From: an uncultured Gemmatimonadales bacterium
Lineage (GTDB): Bacteria > Gemmatimonadota > Gemmatimonadetes > Gemmatimonadales > GWC2-71-9
Reading direction: 5' to 3'
Length of the DNA: 64,000 nt
Assembly: GCA_963844035.1 (NCBI GenBank)
Contig: CAWJMT010000035.1
Span: forward strand, 96,001-160,000
Part shown: in pieces, positions 32,060 through 42,464 of the stretch
Numbering within the stretch: position 1 is the stretch's first letter
Layout of the letters: every line of letters starts with the position of its first letter
Made by a program: the position numbers and the translations under genes
The notes under the pieces: generated by a model
Database searches by the model: none
The model's input: the letters and a program-made list of their open reading frames with translations, nothing else
Told to the model about the DNA's origin: nothing

Positions 32060-32669
32060 TTACGGGTGATGGATGTAGGGGGACTGATCGAACGCCTGAT
32101 CGATCCCAAGGTAGATTTCCGGGAGAGTGGTCACGTCGACCAGGCCGTTCAATCCGGCGAACCAGATCATCGGTGCCCGGTTGTTCGTCATCTGGCGACG
32201 GTCGGTCATCCCGATCATCAACGTTCCCACCGTGTAGTCGTACGTATACCAATAGCCCGGGTAGCCGCAGCCATAGGCGGGATACCACCAGCCGTAGTAG
32301 CCGCACCAGGTAGTCCCAGTAGTAGCCGTAGTAGGTGCTGCTGGTCGCGAGCGTGAGCACGTGCAGGTCCGCCACGGTGGGATCGAGCACCTCCGTGTAG
32401 CCCGCGGCGGTCATGTTGGTCCGGATGCGATCCAGGATCTGCTGGTCGTAGATCCGCGACAGCTCGTCGTCCGAGCCGGGCGGGGTCAGATGAATGACCG
32501 AGTCGGCCAGGGCGAACGTCGTGGCCGTTCCGAACGCGGCGGTCGTGTCGCGCAGAGTCGCCACCGCGTTGTAGCTGTTTTGGTCGAACTCTCCGGGATA
32601 GCAGCCCAGGCCCGCGATCAAGGGCAGGGCCAGGGCCCAGCCTGCGATCCGTCTGGCGGCTCCGTACAT
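32060..32669 (-). CDS. DUF4136-like lipoprotein (indels)
   Basis: GLGC lipobox; Tyr/Trp/Gly-rich loop; YTVGTLMIGMTD; IDQAFDQSPY. Confidence 0.7.
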
Positions 32670-32751
32670 GGCGTTCGTCTCCCAAGGCTGTAAGTGTCGG
32701 CACGTGCTGCGACCTGGAGGCGCAGGATAACGGGGCGACGACGCCGGCGGG

Positions 32752-32771
32752 TATTGTCCGTTAGGTCAATG
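32752..32771 (-). promoter_or_regulatory. 20-bp regulon box
   Basis: Minus strand CATTGACCTAACGGACAATA; TATCCT 22 nt downstream. Confidence 0.7.
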
Positions 32772-32822
32772 GTTCGTGCCGAAGGCCACGTTCACCGGTT
32801 CGTGCCGAAGGCGACCTTCACC
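32771..32822. repeat. 26-bp tandem duplication of the FadL-like gene 3' end
   Basis: GGTTCGTGCCGAAGGCCACGTTCACC / GGTTCGTGCCGAAGGCGACCTTCACC (24/26). Confidence 0.85.
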
Positions 32823-34196
32823 GCCAGGAAGGCGGTGGCGCTCCTGTAGCTGATTTTTGCGGTGGGCGGGAGGCTCGGATCCAACGTGGGAGGGGTGCCG
32901 GCGGGCGCGCGGGGCTCGCGGCTGCCGAACGCGAAGTCCGTACCGAGTACCAGGTCGGCATGTAACCATGAGAACGCGGCACCGGCGGTGACATGCGACA
33001 GGTCCCACTGCGACAGCGTCGAGTTGGCGGCCGAGTTCTCGGGGAGTGGCGTGTTGTCGGTGCGAAAGCTGCCGTAGGCGGCAAGCTTGGGGCCAAAGTG
33101 GTGTTCGATCCCCACGCCGTAGTTCACGACCGCGACGAACTCCTGGATGACATCGTTCGTCATCGTCTGGCCGGACGACTGGGCCGTGAACGGCTCGGTC
33201 GCGAGCACGTGGAACGCGGCCTCGCTCCCAAACCATTCTGCGGAGGCGTGCACGCGGGTCTGCCCGAACTTGTACGAGCCACCCACGCCGACCGACGGCG
33301 GCGTGTGGTACGCGGAGGCGACGTCGTCCTGGAAATCCGTGGCGACCTGGGTAATCGGGCTGGCCGCGATCCCCTGATCCACGACCGTGAAGTCCCGGCC
33401 CGCCCAGCCGCTGCCGAACACGCGGACGTTCGGTGTCGTGACGGTTAGCCCCAAGCTCCACGCGGGGAACTGGACCTCGAGGCCCAGCTTCCAGAGTAGC
33501 GCCCAATGGTCGTAGCTGAAATCGCGGCTCTGTATCGCGAGCGCGGCCTCGCCGCTCGTGTTAATTGCTTGCGCCGCGGTCCCAAAGAGTGCGCGATCAC
33601 TCCGCACGGCAGCGAACGTGGTAAACCCGAACGAGACGTGCTGGTTCAGGAGTCGCGCCACCGTGAGGCCGACCCACGTCTCGTTGAGGCTTTCCTCGCC
33701 GTGCAGGTCGGCCGAGGAGAACTGCAGGTCGGGCACGTTGAGCAGGCTGTCCAGGGGCAGCCCACGGGCTTGGATGCGGCCGTCGAACCGCAGCCGCGTG
33801 AGGACCGAATAGCCGAGCCGGGTCTTGGCAAACGAGAGGGGAATCTCGCCCGCGAACATGCCCGACAGGGCGTCGATGGAGGAGGACTTCAGGGTTCCCC
33901 CTACTCCCGCTCCGTTGTCGATGGACAGACTCGAATACTGGTATCCGCTCCCCGAGAGGATCACTTCGGTTTTTTCGAGCAACGCCAGCCCGGCCGGGTT
34001 GTAGAACACGGCGCTGATGTCCTGGCTCGAGCCGATGACGACGCCTCCCAGCAGCAGGGCCTGGGTGCCGTAGGTCGCATTCCAATATTGAACGTCCTGA
34101 GCGTGCAAGCTGCGTGGCGGCGCCAGCCCAGGCGACGATGGCGACGATGGCGGCGAAGATCCGCCCGGTCAGGACCCGCAAAGTGGTAGTAGGCAT
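32792..34196 (-). CDS. FadL/OmpP1-like outer membrane transporter (indel near 34110)
   Basis: Signal peptide; LLLGG...DISAVFYNPAGLA hatch motif; beta-strand pattern. Confidence 0.7.
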
Positions 34197-34229
34197 CGGC
34201 CTAAACTCCACCCACCCCCCCACGTCCAC

Positions 34230-34249
34230 TATTGGACCAAGGTGCACAC
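34230..34249 (-). promoter_or_regulatory. 20-bp regulon box
   Basis: Minus strand GTGTGCACCTTGGTCCAATA; GAGTTT 21 nt downstream, ATG 6 nt later. Confidence 0.7.
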
Positions 34250-34294
34250 CCAACATCCCCGGGGGTTCCGGGCCCGCCGACTCTGATACCCGTT

Positions 34295-34310
34295 TGTGAC
34301 AAGCGTCACC
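34295..34310. promoter_or_regulatory. CRP-like site
   Basis: TGTGA-CAAGCG-TCACC, 9/10 match to TGTGA-N6-TCACA. Confidence 0.4.
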
Positions 34311-34410
34311 CCTACCGAGAAGCCGGTTTTTGTGCTTGCTTGAACCCGGGATTCGGCACGCGCGGCCGTCACCGTTGACGGTCCCATCTACATGTGGTTA
34401 GGCGGGATGC

Positions 34411-35790
34411 ATGAGGGAAATCGCGTGGCTGGAGTTCGTCGGCCTGCTCGCGGTGCAGGCGTTGGTCATCACGATGTTGTTAGCGGAGCGCCGCAGCCGG
34501 CGGCGGGCGGAACGCGCCCTTCAGGATCGCATGGCGCTCGAGACCGTGGTTTCGAGCGTGCTGTCGGAGTTCGCCCACGGCGAGCCGCGAACACCTCTCC
34601 CGAAACTGTTGCACAGGCGCTACGGCACGTGGCCACCTACGTCCAGGCGGACCGCGTGAGCCTGATCCATTTCGCCGACCGGGGCCTGTCGAGTTCCGTG
34701 CAGCGCGCGGCCGGGAACGGCCACGTGGACAAGCGGATGTTGCCCGTGGCGACGCACGCCGCGGCGGAGTTCCCGGCGTCCACCAAGGTGCTGACCCGCG
34801 GGCAACCGGTGAGCTTTGCGAGCGTGCACGATCTGCCCCCCGACGCTCGCGCCCGATCGCGAGGCGTTCGAGCGCCTCGGCGTCGAAGCGCTGCTGGCGC
34901 TCCCCATCGGCAATGACGGCGCGGTGGTCGGTGCCCTGGTCGTCGGGACGATCGGGCACCGGCGCGAGTGGTCCGAGGACCTGATCCAGCGCATGCGCTT
35001 CATCGCCGATGTGTTTTCCGGGGTCATGGTGCGGCAGCGCGCCCTGATTGCCGCCCAACGGAGCGCCGAGGAAGTCGCGCACCTGTCGCGCACCCGCACC
35101 ATGGGAGAGTTTGCGGCGTCGCTCGCCCACGAGCTGAGCCAGCCGCTCGCGGCGATCCTCGCCAACGCCCAGGCCGCGCGCCGCTTTCTCACGGGGGGGC
35201 GCCGGCATCTCCCCGAAGTGCGCGCGATTCTCGAAGACATCGATGCGGATGATCAGCGGGCCGGCGAGATGATCCGCCGCATGCGGGCGCTGTTCAAGCG
35301 CCACGAGGTCGAGGTGACCTGCGTGGACCTGAACGACGTGGTCCGCGACGCCATCGCGCTGGTTCACAGCGAGGCGGTGCTGCGGCGGGTGACCCTGGTA
35401 CTGGACCTGGCGGAGGGCCTCGGCCCCGTGCGCGCGGATCGGATCCAGGTGCAGCAGGTCCTGTTGAACTTGATCCTGAATGGCTTCGAAGCTATGGCCG
35501 GGCCGGGGGTCCAGGGCGCGAGTCGCCGCCTGATGCTGCGCACGAGCGCCGGCACCGATGGATTCGCTGACCTCGGCGTCCGGGATTCGGGCCCCGGGAT
35601 CCCGCCCGAGCACCTCGACCGGCTGTTCGGGTCGTATTTCACCACCAAGCGTGACGGACTGGGGATGGGGCTGTCGATCTCCCACGCCATCGCGCAGGGT
35701 CACGGCGGCCGCCTCTGGGCGACCAACAACTCCGATAGCGGGGCGACCTTCCACCTGGCCCTGCCACTTTTTTCGAGGACGTCGCAATGA
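34411..35790 (+). CDS. GAF-domain histidine kinase with a single N-terminal TM (indels near 34590 and 34850)
   Basis: GAF-like (ADRVSL, LLALPI...VVGALVV); LAHELSQPLAAILANA; GLGMGLSIS. Confidence 0.85.
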
Positions 35791-36422
35791 GCCCTGTTCC
35801 ACGGACGGTCTTCGTCGTGGACGATGACCCGTCGGTTCGCAAGTCGCTGGCCCGATTGCTGACCTCCGCCGGGCACCGCGCGGACACATTCGCATCGGCG
35901 GCGGAGTTCCTGCGGCGCAAACCCCGACCGGCGGGTGCCGCCTGCCTGATTCTCGACCTGCGCATGCCGGACGTGGACGGCCTGGAGCTACAGGCCGCGC
36001 TGCGCGATTCCGGCCCCACGCTGCCGATCATCTTCGCGACCGGCCACGGGGACGTGCCTGACAGCGTCCGGGCGATGAAGCTGGGCGCCGTGGACTTCCT
36101 CACCAAGCCGGTGGACGAGACCCAGCTGCTCACCGCCGTCAACAAGGCGCTGGCGCTGGATGAGGCGCGCGCTCAGGCCGAGGCCGCCCGGACGGCACTC
36201 GCCCGGCGCCAGGGACGCCTGACCCCGCGGGAGCGCCAGGTGTTCTCGCTGGTGGTGACGGGGATGTTGAACAAGCAGATCGCGTGGCGTCTGGGAGCCA
36301 GCGAACGCACCATCAAGGCCCATCGGGCGCGCGTCATGCAGAAAATGCAAGCCGATTCCGTGGCCGCGCTGGTGCGAATGGCCGACCGGCTCGACACCCA
36401 AGCGACCGGAACTGCCCATTGA
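35787..36422 (+). CDS. FixJ/NodW-type response regulator (REC + LuxR HTH)
   Basis: VFVVDDD, LDLRMP, TGHGD, DFLTKP, LTPRERQV...LNKQIA...TIKAHRARVMQKM. Confidence 0.94.
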   Translation: MSPVPRTVFVVDDDPSVRKSLARLLTSAGHRADTFASAAEFLRRKPRPAGAACLILDLRMPDVDGLELQAALRDSGPTLPIIFATGHGDVPDSVRAMKLGAVDFLTKPVDETQLLTAVNKALALDEARAQAEAARTALARRQGRLTPRERQVFSLVVTGMLNKQIAWRLGASERTIKAHRARVMQKMQADSVAALVRMADRLDTQATGTAH

Positions 36423-36436
36423 CCTAAGGTCGCATG
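36417..36436 (+). promoter_or_regulatory. 20-bp regulon box overlapping the regulator stop codon
   Basis: CATTGACCTAAGGTCGCATG. Confidence 0.65.
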
Positions 36437-36470
36437 TCGTAGCGCAACACGGTGGGTTCAATTGGTATGT

Positions 36471-36887
36471 GTGGAGCCCATCCTTCGGAACAACCCGGAG
36501 TCCTCGCCCCAGGGGTCGGCGCGACCACTGATCGGCGTCGTTGACGACGATCCGTCGGTCTTGAAAGCGCTCGGTCGCCTGATTCGTTCCGCCGGATTCG
36601 AAACCGTCACGTTCTGCTCGGGCGAAGATTTTCTGGCGCGGTTCCAGCAACGCGCGTTCGCGTGCATCGTCCTCGACATTCACCTGGGCGGGATGAGCGG
36701 GCTCGATCTCCAGGCCTACCTCGCCGACGCGGGGATCCGACTGCCGATCGTGTTCATCACGGCGCACGACGACCTCGTCACGCGCGAGGGGCTCGAGTCG
36801 TCGGGCCAACGGTACTTGCGCAAGCCCGTGGATGAGAGCGGGCTGCTCGGCGCGATCAACGAGCTGTTGAGCCTCTCCAAGTCGTAG
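36471..36887 (+). CDS. Stand-alone receiver-domain protein
   Basis: VVDDDPSV, LDIHLGGMSG, FITAHD, LRKP; start codon uncertain. Confidence 0.88.
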   Translation: MEPILRNNPESSPQGSARPLIGVVDDDPSVLKALGRLIRSAGFETVTFCSGEDFLARFQQRAFACIVLDIHLGGMSGLDLQAYLADAGIRLPIVFITAHDDLVTREGLESSGQRYLRKPVDESGLLGAINELLSLSKS

Positions 36888-36900
36888 CCCGGAAAGAACA

Positions 36901-36932
36901 GAGGCCGCAGCCGCCCTGGCGGCTGCGGCCTC
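36901..36932. terminator. Hairpin between convergent genes
   Basis: GAGGCCGCAGCCGC-CCTG-GCGGCTGCGGCCTC, 14-bp stem with an A-rich left flank. Confidence 0.75.
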
Positions 36933-36954
36933 GGCCGCTCGAAAACCCCGCTGG

Positions 36955-37616
36955 CTAGAAGCGGAAGCCCAGCCCCGCCGTCACCTCGCCGCTGTAGTAG
37001 ATCGACGACGCGTAGGTATAGCAGTAGCCGTAGAAGTCGCAGTAGTTGTAGATCCCCGTCGTGCGGTTCGTGTCCACGCCGCGGTAGCGCGCGTCGATGC
37101 GGAACAGCGCCGACCGGCCCATGTAGGCCTTCAGGCCAATGCCGATGTTCCACGCGAAGAACGTGTTGCCGATCGCGGTCGGACTGGGGAATGTCAGGCG
37201 AGATCGTCGTCCACCCCGCGCCCAGCGTGAAGAACCCCGATCCCTGGTTGCCCTTCGGCTGGGAGAACAGGAGGTTGAAGTCAAACTGATCCAGGGTCAC
37301 GCTTCCGCCCTGGAACGCCGGGACCAGCGATGGGGTTGGAGGCACTCGCGTCCGACACGGCGCGCGCGTAGCTGAACTCGAGCCCGATATGGCGATTGGG
37401 GTCGAACCCGATGCGCCCGCCGAGCGTCCAGGAGTCCGCCAGGTGGATCTTGTTGACCGAGTTGGTCGAGGTGTACAGGTCGGATGCGAAATACCCGCCG
37501 CCGAGGACGGAGATGTCGAACCGCGTGGGCCGCTGCGCGGCGGCCGGATCGGCCGCGCCGAAGACGCCGAGGCCGAAGACGAGCACCATCGCTGAGCTGA
37601 CGTTGAACTTTGGCAC
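36955..37616 (-). CDS. Small outer-membrane beta-barrel protein (indels)
   Basis: GGAGGG RBS; signal peptide; GGRIG...GLEFSY; C-terminal TAGLGFRF. Confidence 0.75.
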
Positions 37617-37684
37617 GATCCCTCCAAGGGGCGTTGAGAAGCGTGGTATTGGTAGATAATTCCGCCCCACGGGCGGGGTCAACA

Positions 37685-37704
37685 AGTTGTACCTTCGTGC
37701 TACC
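37685..37704 (-). promoter_or_regulatory. Degenerate regulon box
   Basis: Minus strand GGTAGCACGAAGGTACAACT, facing the barrel gene. Confidence 0.5.
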
Positions 37705-37744
37705 CGGTTACCCAGCAAGATAGCGGGTGTTCGCCGTCCGTCCG

Positions 37745-37764
37745 TACTGCCCCAAGGTCCAATA
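37745..37764 (+). promoter_or_regulatory. 20-bp regulon box
   Basis: TACTGCCCCAAGGTCCAATA; TATCGT 20 nt downstream, ATG 8 nt later. Confidence 0.72.
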
Positions 37765-37798
37765 CACAGTGCCGGGCGCCGGCGTATCGTTGCCTGCC

Positions 37799-39255
37799 AT
37801 GCGCTCCCATCGAGTCGCCGTGACGGTTCGGACCGTCGTGCTCATCCTCGCGACCGCGCTACTCGCGGGCGGGACGCTGGGCGCACAGGGCAAGCCGGCC
37901 GCCAAGCCAGCCGCAAAACAGGCGGCAAAGCCGGCCGCATTGCCCTGTCCCGACTGCAACCCCCCCAAGCAGTTTTGGTTCGGGTTCGGTGAGCTGATGA
38001 TCGCGCAGCTGGTCCCCCTGTCGATCAACAATATCCTGCGCGACGCGGAGTGGGCCAAGATCACCCCCAAGACGTGGGCGACCAACCTCGAAAACCCCTG
38101 GCAGTGGGACAACAACAAGTTCCTGAACAACCAGTTCTCGCATCCGTACCACGGGAACCTGTACTACAACTCCGGGCGCTCCAACGGCTACAACTTCTGG
38201 GAGTCGAGCCTGTGGGCGTTCGGCGGCAGTCTGATGTGGGAGGAGTTCGGCGAGGCGTGGGCGCCCTCTCCCAACGACTGGTTCAACACGAGCCTCGGGG
38301 GCATCACGCTGGGGGAGATGCTGCACCGCTTGAGCACCCTGACGCTCGACAATACGGCGACCGGCAGTGAACGCATGTTTCGGGAGATCGGCGCCCTGCT
38401 GCTCAACCCCGCCGATCGGGTTCAAGCGGCTGGTGGGGGGGCAAATGAACGACATCACCGCGAACCCTCCGGACTGGCGGCCGAGCACGCTGTGGGGAGC
38501 GATCGACGTCGGCTACCAGAACCTGTCGGGATCGGACACGCAGAAGGATACCGCCGGGAGCTCGCGCAACCAGGCGGTATTCGCCTTGAGGGTCGACTAC
38601 GGCGACGCAATTCAGGACATCGCGAAGGCCCCGTTCTCCTCGTTCCACCTCGAGGCGGACCTGAACAGCAACGCGGCCCCCAAGCGGCGCCTGTCCAACC
38701 TCCGGGCGGTCGGCAGCCTGGCCGCGAAGCCGCTGTCCAAGTCCGATGGCGCGGTCCACCAGCTTGCCGCGTATATGACGTACGAGTACATCAGCTTGCC
38801 CGGGCTCGAGTTCGGCGGCCAGGGATTTCTCGGTGGTGTCGTATCGCAGTTCGGGGCTCGCAAGGGATTTCGCCTCGAGACCGAGCTGCTCGCCGACTTC
38901 ATGCCGATCACCGCACTCCAGTCGGACTATTTCGTGACCGAGGAAGGTCGCGACTATGACTACGGCGTCGGGTTCGGGGGGATCGGGGCGGTGCGGGCGT
39001 ATTGGGGCAGGCGCGCTTCGCTGATCGCGCGCGGCCGTTATCTGTGGATGCCGGTCCTCTCCGGGTTCAACGGCGACCACAAGCAAGGATCGGCCACGTT
39101 TCAAGGCCGCCTGTACCTGGCGCGAGGCTTCGGTGCGACCGCGACGCTCACGCTGTACAACCGCTCCAGCACCTACGATCAGCATCAGCCGCGTCTCGGC
39201 GGACGGAACGCTGTTCCGCATCGCCGGGAGCTATTCGTTCGGGGGGGGCCGATGA
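37799..39255 (+). CDS. DUF3943-like outer membrane protein (indels near 38415 and 39190)
   Basis: WQWDNNKFLNNQFSHPYHGNLYYNSGRSNG...GSLMWE...PSPND; barrel-like C-terminal half. Confidence 0.8.
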
Positions 39256-39665
39256 AGCGCGCCACGCTGCTCGCCGCCGTGACGGTGCTGGCCCTGAGTG
39301 CGGCCGGCTGCATGGACACGATCATCAAGCAGATGGGCGCCGAGAACAATCCGGTGGTCACGGTCCTGCCCGACTCGTTCCGTTACCAGGCGGACAACAT
39401 GGACAACGTGCACGACGAGATGCAGTGGACGTGGGTCAATACGGGGACCCAGGCGGTCGTGCACCATCACAGCTTCGTGCACCACGGCGTGGTCCAGGTG
39501 ACCATTCTCGACGCCGAGGGGGATTCCGTGTATCGCAGAATTCCCGTCGAGTACGAGCTGGACGTCCCGACCGAGGTCGGTGTGGCGGGGAACTGGACCG
39601 TCCATCTGCAGTTCTTCGGCGCCAAGGGACGGGTCGACGTCGCGATCGCACGCCAGACCCCGTAA
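39252..39665 (+). CDS. Hypothetical lipoprotein
   Basis: MKRATLLAAVTVLALSAAGC lipobox; HHHSFVHH motif. Confidence 0.75.
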   Translation: MKRATLLAAVTVLALSAAGCMDTIIKQMGAENNPVVTVLPDSFRYQADNMDNVHDEMQWTWVNTGTQAVVHHHSFVHHGVVQVTILDAEGDSVYRRIPVEYELDVPTEVGVAGNWTVHLQFFGAKGRVDVAIARQTP

Positions 39666-39727
39666 GCCTGGCCTTACTGCTAAGGTCTCATGGCACTTTT
39701 TCTGGGGGCGCGGGGTAGACTTTTGGA

Positions 39728-39830
39728 AGTAGACGGTTGAGAGGCCGGCGGCACTCACGAAGCCCGCACCTGGCCCGTGACGTGACCTCCTTAGATGTTC
39801 TGCTTGGTGGCTGCCGCCGGTCCTCGCCCC
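39728..39830 (+). ncRNA. Candidate hairpin sRNA with anti-SD loop
   Basis: Degenerate box (39673-39692) and TAGACT (39716-39721) upstream; long stem 39741-39763/39802-39825; loop contains ACCTCCTTA. Confidence 0.35.
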
Positions 39831-39843
39831 ATCCTCGCCCGCG

Positions 39844-41983
39844 TTACTTGTCTTTTGAGCTCCCGGTCGTCGCGGTATCCAGGCCGTTCAGCGTGCGCAC
39901 CACCTTCATTACATCCGCGACATCGTAGAAATCCACCAACAGGACGTTCGGCAGGTGATGGCGCTCCGCCGCGCACTCGCGCGCGCGCGCCAGGAGGAAG
40001 GGGTACGCGTTCACGCTGTCCGCGATGGTGGGACGGGGCGCGGGCGTGGTCTCGATCCAGTGGTTGATCTGGAACATCGCGCCTGCCGTGCCACCGCGGT
40101 TCGGGCGGCAGGAAAAGTCTTTGGGCCGGTGGAAGCTGTAGGGAGTCTCCTGAAACGTCGCGAAAAACGGGTGGAGCCAAACGGCGCCCGGCCGTCCCGA
40201 TTCCGTGAACACGACCAGGCGCTGGTCCCACTCGATCAGCCGGCGCAGGGTGGGCATGGGCTGGCTCACGGTGCCCACGTAGACGTAGCGTAGCAGCCCC
40301 GCGTCCACGAACACGCGCTCCAGGTCTTCAGGGGTCACGTAGTCCTCGACCACCAGCACGACGACCTCCCCGGTGTTCTCGAGCAGAAAGTCGCGTATGC
40401 CCTCGAGTGCCGGCACTACGGGATAGGCGCCGATCTCGCAGAAGCCGTGGCAGAAGTAGATCCCGCTCTCGCCCTTCGCCTTGACCGATCAGCCGTCCGC
40501 GAATCCGTAGCGCCGCCGCGGTGGCCTCCGGCCCGAGCGCCTGCTCGATTTTCGCCTGGGAGGTGTGCTCGCGATCGAAATCGGTCAACACCCGGTCTTC
40601 CGCGGGAATGCCGTAGTGCACATCGATCGCCAAGGCGCGAATGCCGTCGGCGAGCTGGCGGGGGAATGCGTAGTGATGGTGCGGGAACATCCAGCCGGGA
40701 ATTTCGGCGTTGGACATCGCGTTGTGCGCGCCCGCGAAGACCACCTGGTCGAGCCGGCGGTCGCACAGTGCGGCCGAGCCGTTGCACACCGTCGCCACCC
40801 CCGTCGCCTCGGGAGGAGGCTCGGGGCTTCGCAGGACGAGCAGGGCCCCACCTCCCAACACGGCCAGCACGACCGCGCCGGTCACCGCCATGATGGGCCA
40901 CGCCCGCGTGCGCCGCGGCAGCGCTGCCCCCAGCCCGGCGGGTTGGACGGCGGGGAGGACGAGCCTGAACACTTCGCGCACGCCGAAAAACACCAGCAAC
41001 AACCCCCCGACCGCGACGCCCAGGGCTGCGGCGTGCGCCGGCGCGACGAGGCCGTACGCTCCCGCGCCGAGGAGCAGGACGGCGCGGCTGATCCGGCGGC
41101 CGGAGCGCTCGGGAACGGCGAGCCAGTTCCAGAACGCCTGGGCCCGCGCGAGCGGGCGCATCTCTTCCAGCAGCGTGGAGCCGGCGGCGACGAGCACGAC
41201 GCCGGTGGCCGCGAACATGACGGCGACGGGTTTCACGGCGCCGAAATAGGCGAGCCACAGCCCGTGCAGCACGCCGCGCGCCGCGCTGTCCCCGGTGAGT
41301 GCGGCGGCCACGATGCGACCCGCGGGGAGGATGGCCAGGAGCGCGATTCCGACGGCGAGCAGCGCGCCGCCGGCCTGCACGAGCGCGCGGGCACGATCGG
41401 GCGCGACCCGGATCGCCGCGACGAGCAGCACAAGGCCGATCCCGAATACGGCCCACGCGCCCCACAGTACGCGCTCGGCGACGCGCCAGAGGGTGACGAA
41501 GCGGGCGAACGCACGCTCCGCCCGGGGCGATGCCAGGTTGGTCTCGATGCCCGGTGGGAGCTTGGCGGCGAGCGCGGGGCTCGCCTGCGCCAGCGCGCCC
41601 CGGACGAGCACCGACACATCGGGGAGCGAGAGCACGACCGTCCCGCCGCCCGCCTCGAACAGCGAATAGTGCAGCGCCCGTGCCGCGCGACGCACCAACG
41701 CGCGAAACGGCGCCGTGACCACGACGCCACGCACCCCCGACTCAATGATCGGGCGCACGCTCACCAGGTTGGGCCGCTGAGCCACAATGCCGTCCGTGAT
41801 ACGGCCGGCGACATACCCGGCGACGCGTTCGTCTTCGAGCGTGGCGGCGAGACGACGCGAGAACACGTCGGGGTTGAGGACGCCGCGCTCGGTGCCGATC
41901 ACGAGGATTGCCGTCCACAGGAGGACCGCCCCCACGGTGATGAGCACGATGGTGGTCGTTGTGGAGCGAGCGCCGGTGGTCAT
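39844..41983 (-). CDS. Multi-TM protein fused to a PI-PLC-like phosphodiesterase domain (indel near 40470)
   Basis: AAGGA RBS; TM region; CNGSAALCDRRLDQVVFAGAHNAMS, QLADGIRAL, CHGFC, EDY, INHW, VDFYD. Confidence 0.75.
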
Positions 41984-42034
41984 GGTGATTCCTTATGTGA
42001 GTCGCACGAATAGAGCGCCCGGTGCACGGTGGGG

Positions 42035-42054
42035 CATTGACCCAAAGGTCAATA
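42035..42054 (-). promoter_or_regulatory. 20-bp regulon box (ATTGACC-N4-GGTCAAT variant)
   Basis: CATTGACCCAAAGGTCAATA; TATTCG 22 nt downstream on the minus strand. Confidence 0.72.
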
Positions 42055-42062
42055 GATCGAGA

Positions 42063-42464
42063 CTAGCGCGTGGGGCGTATCGCTCGCTCGATGGCGGCGA
42101 GCAGGTCGTCGGCGCCGATCGGCTTGCGCAGCAGGGCGGCGACGCCGACGGCGAAGTACCGCGTATGCACCTCCGGGGCGTCGTCGCCGGTATACACGAG
42201 GGTCGGGACGTGCACGCCACGATCGGTGAGGTGCTGATGCACCTCGAGCCCGGTCATCTCGGGCATTTGCGCGTCGAGCAACAGGCAGTCCGGACGTGGT
42301 GCGCCCGGCGCGAGCGATTCGAGGAATGCCCGCCCCGATTCATAGACGGCGGGTGCAAGTCCGAGGGCCTGGCAGAGGCGGCCCAGGCCGACGCGAACCG
42401 ACAGCTCGTCATCGACAATCGCAATCGCAATCGGGCGGCGGGAGCTGCCTTGTTCCCGGCTCAT
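42063..42464 (-). CDS. Stand-alone receiver-domain protein
   Basis: IAIVDDE, LLDAQMPEMTG, YTG, LRKP. Confidence 0.88.
   Translation of the reverse strand: MSREQGSSRRPIAIAIVDDELSVRVGLGRLCQALGLAPAVYESGRAFLESLAPGAPRPDCLLLDAQMPEMTGLEVHQHLTDRGVHVPTLVYTGDDAPEVHTRYFAVGVAALLRKPIGADDLLAAIERAIRPTR

Noticed and set aside
34369..34388. Possible box before the GAF kinase (…GACGGTCCCATC)
   Set aside because: Only a weak half-site, not distinguishable from chance.
42035..42054. FNR box interpretation of TTGAC...GTCAA
   Set aside because: The spacer is 6 nt, not the 4 nt FNR requires, and the site fits the 20-bp regulon box.
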